Assembly: GCA_003344405.1 (NCBI GenBank)
Contig: NOWV01000256.1
Span: forward strand, 62,001-86,255
From: Trichoplax sp. H2
Taxonomy: Eukaryota
Reading direction: 5' to 3'
DNA: 24,255 nucleotides
The translations under genes and the position numbers were made by a program. Under the pieces are notes generated by a model. That model had not been told where the DNA came from, did no database searches, and saw nothing but the letters and a program-made list of their open reading frames with translations. This document shows, in pieces, positions 19,513 to 24,255 of this stretch (position 1 is its first letter; each line of letters begins with the position of its first letter).

Positions 19513-22500
19513 GTTACAAAACACAGTATCTGCAACTTTACAGGTACCTTCATGATATGAAACATTTACCAGCAATTAAAATGAAGTTAATGCCAAGATT
19601 TTTTTCCAAAATAAGTATGCATGTGTTACCGGCCTAAATTTGAAGAGATTAGCAACATAGGTTGAGAATATAATTTAAAGTCATTCACTGCCACTAAAAA
19701 CTAATCGAAATTAGCTTATACCATAGTGCCGTTAGGCAATGAAACGCGCTAGAAAATATCTTTTGTAGTCAGATCTCTAGTCGACTGACTTTGACAATAA
19801 ATAAAGACTTCAACTTACAACGCAGTTACAAATCTAATTTCATAGCCGAGAGCAAATGTTTCAATAGATATTTTAATGATATAGCCGGTTTAACTTCTTA
19901 AAGCCTCGTTTGCTACAGTTTAACCATTTATAGATGATAAATCACTCAAAATTTTCCAGTTAGGAGTTCTTAAACTATATAATAATCCTGTTAAATACAG
20001 ATTTAACAGGGGAAACATTCACGATAATTCTTGCTGGTTATCTAACACATTTAGTATAAGATTTTAATCTAGAACATTTAAAATATACACACAAGCTTCC
20101 CAACCAGGTTTATAACACCTCAGTAGATAAAATATCAGCTAAACTAGTTTCTAACGTCTATATACATGCTTTTAGGTTATATTTAGTAATGGAATAAAAT
20201 AAGAATCGAGATAATAGTCGCCACCTCCTAACTTAGTTTTAATCCACTGATTCATATATAATAAACTGCTCACGATAATTTGTTACTGTAACTGCATACA
20301 AACATATTAACACATTATTTCCAATATAACATAAATTTTTAGTCCCTCTGAATTTGTAATATTGCTCTCATACTCATATAGCATCTATAAAATAAGGTCA
20401 TTTTCAACTTTATTCTATCTATTAGCCTCCTTTCCTTTAACAGCAGGAAGTGTGAACGTAAAGGACATTGATCAAAACAGTAATACATGTAGTCCATTTT
20501 TTATAGCAATCTAATGGAAAATGGTTCACATATTAGCAAAATCACAAAATAATAGTCTTAATCAATAGTGCTGTTAATATCCCAAATAGCGAATGTCAAT
20601 ATGCGGCTGTAATATTATCGTTGACCTTCGACATCTTATCGTAATATTTTCGATACCTGGTCATTGGCCTCATCAATGATAAATCAATATTCAAACTAGA
20701 TCTTTAAGACAAGTTGTCTAGACTGCAGTAGTCACACAAAAATATATTTTTAACCCTCCGTAAATAGTCAACCTAGTTAATTTATCTAGTAGCTTATTAC
20801 TAATTAGAACTATCATCTAATTTTTGTTTCCTTACTGATATGGTATCATTACAACTTTCTTATCTTACAAATATTTTCCTGATGAAATTTAGAAACTATA
20901 CCTAAGGCAGATGGAGCTTTAAGTTCTTCCTATACAGTAGCACAGCAACGCTTTATTGAAAGCAATCTCTTATATACAGACATTTTCTTAAATAATTGAT
21001 TCATAAATAATTCAGTTAACGCTTTCAATAAGAAAAAGAATAATAGCAATACTTCAGTTCTAGTTTTGAGAAATTCTACAATATGATGATGCATTGACCA
21101 CGTACGAAAAGTTGATAATATTTGAAGTAATAATTAAAATAATTTTGCTGATTATTAGTATACCTATTTAGAGCATATTATGTATTGACCTTACTTGAAT
21201 GAGGTGTTAAGAACTGAAAATGAATGATAACGAAAAATTTAGCGACGATTATAGACTATAAAAATAAATATAATTACTTGATTTAAAAAATTCTCAAGTA
21301 TTGCGCAAGCATTAGCCTTGGATATGAAAAATATTGTCGATTTAGACATTCAAAACAATTTGAATTTCTGAAGTCTAATTATGTAGAAAGTTGGTAGCCT
21401 TTTAGAAAGATAGTTCTTGTACGTTATAGCAGCAATACTATATTCTTACTAGATCTTTCGGCAGATTAGGGTAGTAATCTGTAAAAGCAACTCAAAGTGT
21501 ATTACGTTAGACTATTAAACTTGTCAGGAAGAAGTCCGCGACAGTAATCAAGTGCATGATGTAAACATTTAGCAACGATATTTACTTGAAAAAGCGGATT
21601 GTAATTTTTACTTGGTTAAAAGTAGACTTAGTAGACCATCATTAATCCATTATGGATACGACTACAGTATTTACGTAGACATTATTCATCTCAACCAAAG
21701 TACAATGAATTAGCCATATCCTAATATATGATTTACAGTTCTATTTTTGCCTATAACCTTATTAGTAACTGAACACCTTACTGTATATAGTCATATGTGT
21801 TCTACCATAGAGTTTATATAACTACAGTTTATAGTTATGGCTACCAAATATCTCTTAGGGTAAATATCTACCGTACATTATACTAAACATGGCTAACAGT
21901 CTACAATCACAATACTAAGTTATATTACAATTACGCAACGTAAAATACTAAGTTGTAGTGCCTGAGTCTTACACTCCTTAGGTTCGCAATCGTTTGACTA
22001 GAAATTTATACATTACTGTGCCACGAGACGTTAACTTATAGTTACGAAATCGACAGCAGATATTTTGCTAACTAGCGGCAATGTCTTAATAATCAATCAA
22101 TTATGGTATTACGATAAGTAAGTATATTGTAGCTATTTGGCTTCATGTCTGGTATAAATATAATAGGATACTCCTGCAATAAGTGAATTATGAACTTTAA
22201 CTTGGTGAAATTAGTTACAGCTAGCTTAGATACTTTACAGAATGAAGATATTAATAGACCATACGATCATAAATATGGTTCTAATGTTACGATTTAATAG
22301 TTAAGATCTGAATGCATTGCTAAAATATGTCTACATTTAATATAGTATATCTTACATGGAAGCTATATTTTCAAAATTCTTCTATATTATAACATGGAAG
22401 AATATCGAGACGTCTTCATACGAATTTGGTACAGCTAGAATTCGAACTGAAAATTTATTGCTCTTAATCAGTTGGACAATTGAATAAACAGAACGATTTA

Positions 22501-24031
22501 CTAGCTGCTTAATACAATTGCTATAATTTAATAACAATTATAGTACACGAAAATGACAATTGCCAATAATAATACCTATATACAAGTTAATTAATTCATA
22601 GCAAGTGACAAAATATATGTAAAGTGTAATTAGATAAATGTTTTAACTACAACCTCTACTATAGGCTCAAGTATAGCAAATTTTAATGCTTAATTAAGTG
22701 AATATGCTGCAATAATCAAAACAGAAAATGAAATAATGTTATAGTGAGCTTATATAAGATAAACGTAGAAGCCAGATTAAAATTACTAGCAAAAATCTTA
22801 TTCCATAACATTAGAAATTCGAGATTCTAATCTACTAAATTGAAAAAGTTTAACATAAATGATATTTAGTAGCTAGATTTTAAATATTGTTAACACAATA
22901 GGCAAATCAAATTATGGAATGAAATGATGCTAAGAAATTCTAATACTTGTGAAAATATTTGAGGCGCTTTAGCACAGTCAGCAATATAAGGTAAAATTTA
23001 AAATAAAGCTGGTATATACCAACCATTTAAAGCAGAACCAGCTATCAAAACATTTTCACGCTATTAGTAAGTAGTACTAATTGCTGTGATATTAGATCGC
23101 GATTTCATGATAAGCAGTATCTATGATCATTCTAGAATCTTAACAATAGCCTTGATCAGTTTTTAACAAATAACAAATCTATAATAATGAAATTTTATTC
23201 TTGCCTTGTTAGTACCTAGAAGTGATTTCGAAATCGAGAACTAAAGGAAATATACTGCGGAGCATTGTTATTATGTCTATTTTTAATTATAGTAGAAGTC
23301 ATAAAAATTGATTTAATAGGATTATATCGTTTTATGTAGCTGATCAGAAATGACAATCACATTTGCCAAGGTTAAAAAGCTGCAGGATTTTAACAGTCAT
23401 GAGCCTTTTAATCAGAAAAAATCAGATACCTAAGATAATACATGCAATATATCGAAAGATATTTTGTAACAGTATGTTGTCCTTGCTTTTACTTGTAATA
23501 TCACAATTACGATACTAGAATAACTGCTGATCTACTAAAATATCTATTAAGAAAACGTATTTTTCGCTTGACTAAACAATGTTTATTTGATTCAGTGTTC
23601 CATATAAATGATGCATTCTAATGGTTAAAATTAATAAATTGTATACGTACACTAAATTATGCGAATAACTAATCAATAAGTGTACAGCAATAACTAATAG
23701 AGTTCAAAAATAAGTTATTACAGTTTATTTCACGCTGACTTCATTATCTAGATGGATACAATTACAGCTTTTTGCGACTTAAAATAAACAAAGCATCAAT
23801 GAATCTTGACCTTAAGAAATAATAGTTCCAACTGCTTGCCTTCAATCCAAGATCATTTAGCGATTTTATAGTCAATGAAAGCATGGACGTGCTACTTTTG
23901 TGCTTTCATTAACATTAAATAAATTAAATTTATCTATATTGTTAGCAAAAGCTCTCATATAACTTAATTTCAAATTATCCTGCCTACTATTTTGATAAGG
24001 CAATACCAAAACGTGAAATAACGAGACACTT

Positions 24032-24255
24032 TTAGGAAGGTAAAGAGTTCACTTTAATACGACAGTCGTTGCTTTCGGTGTTTTCTTTTTCGATAAATGT
24101 GGTTACGAGCGTTTGATGACCGCAAAAGGAAATTATTTTTCTAGACCATTTTGCTGCCAACTTCTTATATTCTTTTCGTAATATTTCATTAGTAAAGGCG
24201 TATATTAGCGGATTTACAACGGAATTGCAATAAAGTAATACTAACGCAATCATTT
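24032..24255 (-). CDS. Class A GPCR paralogue, C-terminal fragment (TM7, helix 8, tail); 5' part lies beyond the window
   Basis: The frame is open to the window edge. LLYCNSVVNPLIYAFTNEILRKEYKKL carries NPxxY and aligns with LAYCNAAMNPYIYAMTNEILKNEYKSL of the 14989-16038 receptor; the tail Cys is shared too (FCGH vs ICRH). The Met in the ORF track is internal. Integrity of the upstream part cannot be seen. Confidence 0.88.
   Translation of the reverse strand, partial: MIALVLLYCNSVVNPLIYAFTNEILRKEYKKLAAKWSRKIISFCGHQTLVTTFIEKENTESNDCRIKVNSLPS

Noticed and set aside
21480..21930. LTR-like strand-biased segment ending TATTACA
   Set aside because: No matching TG start with a TSD found by eye; possibly a decayed remnant, but unsupported.
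1..24255. CRISPR array, tRNA/rRNA, or prokaryotic or novel multi-gene system
   Set aside because: No regularly spaced repeat-spacer pattern, no recognisable RNA-gene motifs, very low coding density; the content is typical animal intergenic DNA with GPCRs. Short exons of an intron-rich gene cannot be excluded by eye.

Overview
AT-rich eukaryotic (animal) genomic scaffold made of three contigs separated by two 20-N gaps (950-969, 9133-9152). The only supportable protein-coding content is a tandem pair of minus-strand rhodopsin-family (class A) GPCR paralogues: one complete with an intronless CDS (14989-16038) and one cut off by the window edge (24032-24255). The composition and tandem orphan GPCRs are reminiscent of a placozoan such as Trichoplax, but that is inference only. 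The left 14.5 kb is best explained as two haplotypes interleaved by the assembler. Contig 1 and contig 3 overlap by 106 identical bases (844-949 = 9153-9258), and the middle contig (970-9132) is a roughly 95%-identical second version of the same locus. Rejoining contigs 1 and 3 reveals a 1460-bp TG...CA insertion with a 4-bp TTAT target-site duplication, whose empty site is visible in the middle contig (4614-4617): a polymorphic solo LTR. At least four further distinct solo LTRs with perfect 5-bp target-site duplications sit in the non-coding DNA. I found no evidence for a novel multi-gene system, CRISPR array or RNA gene. All comparisons were made by eye.
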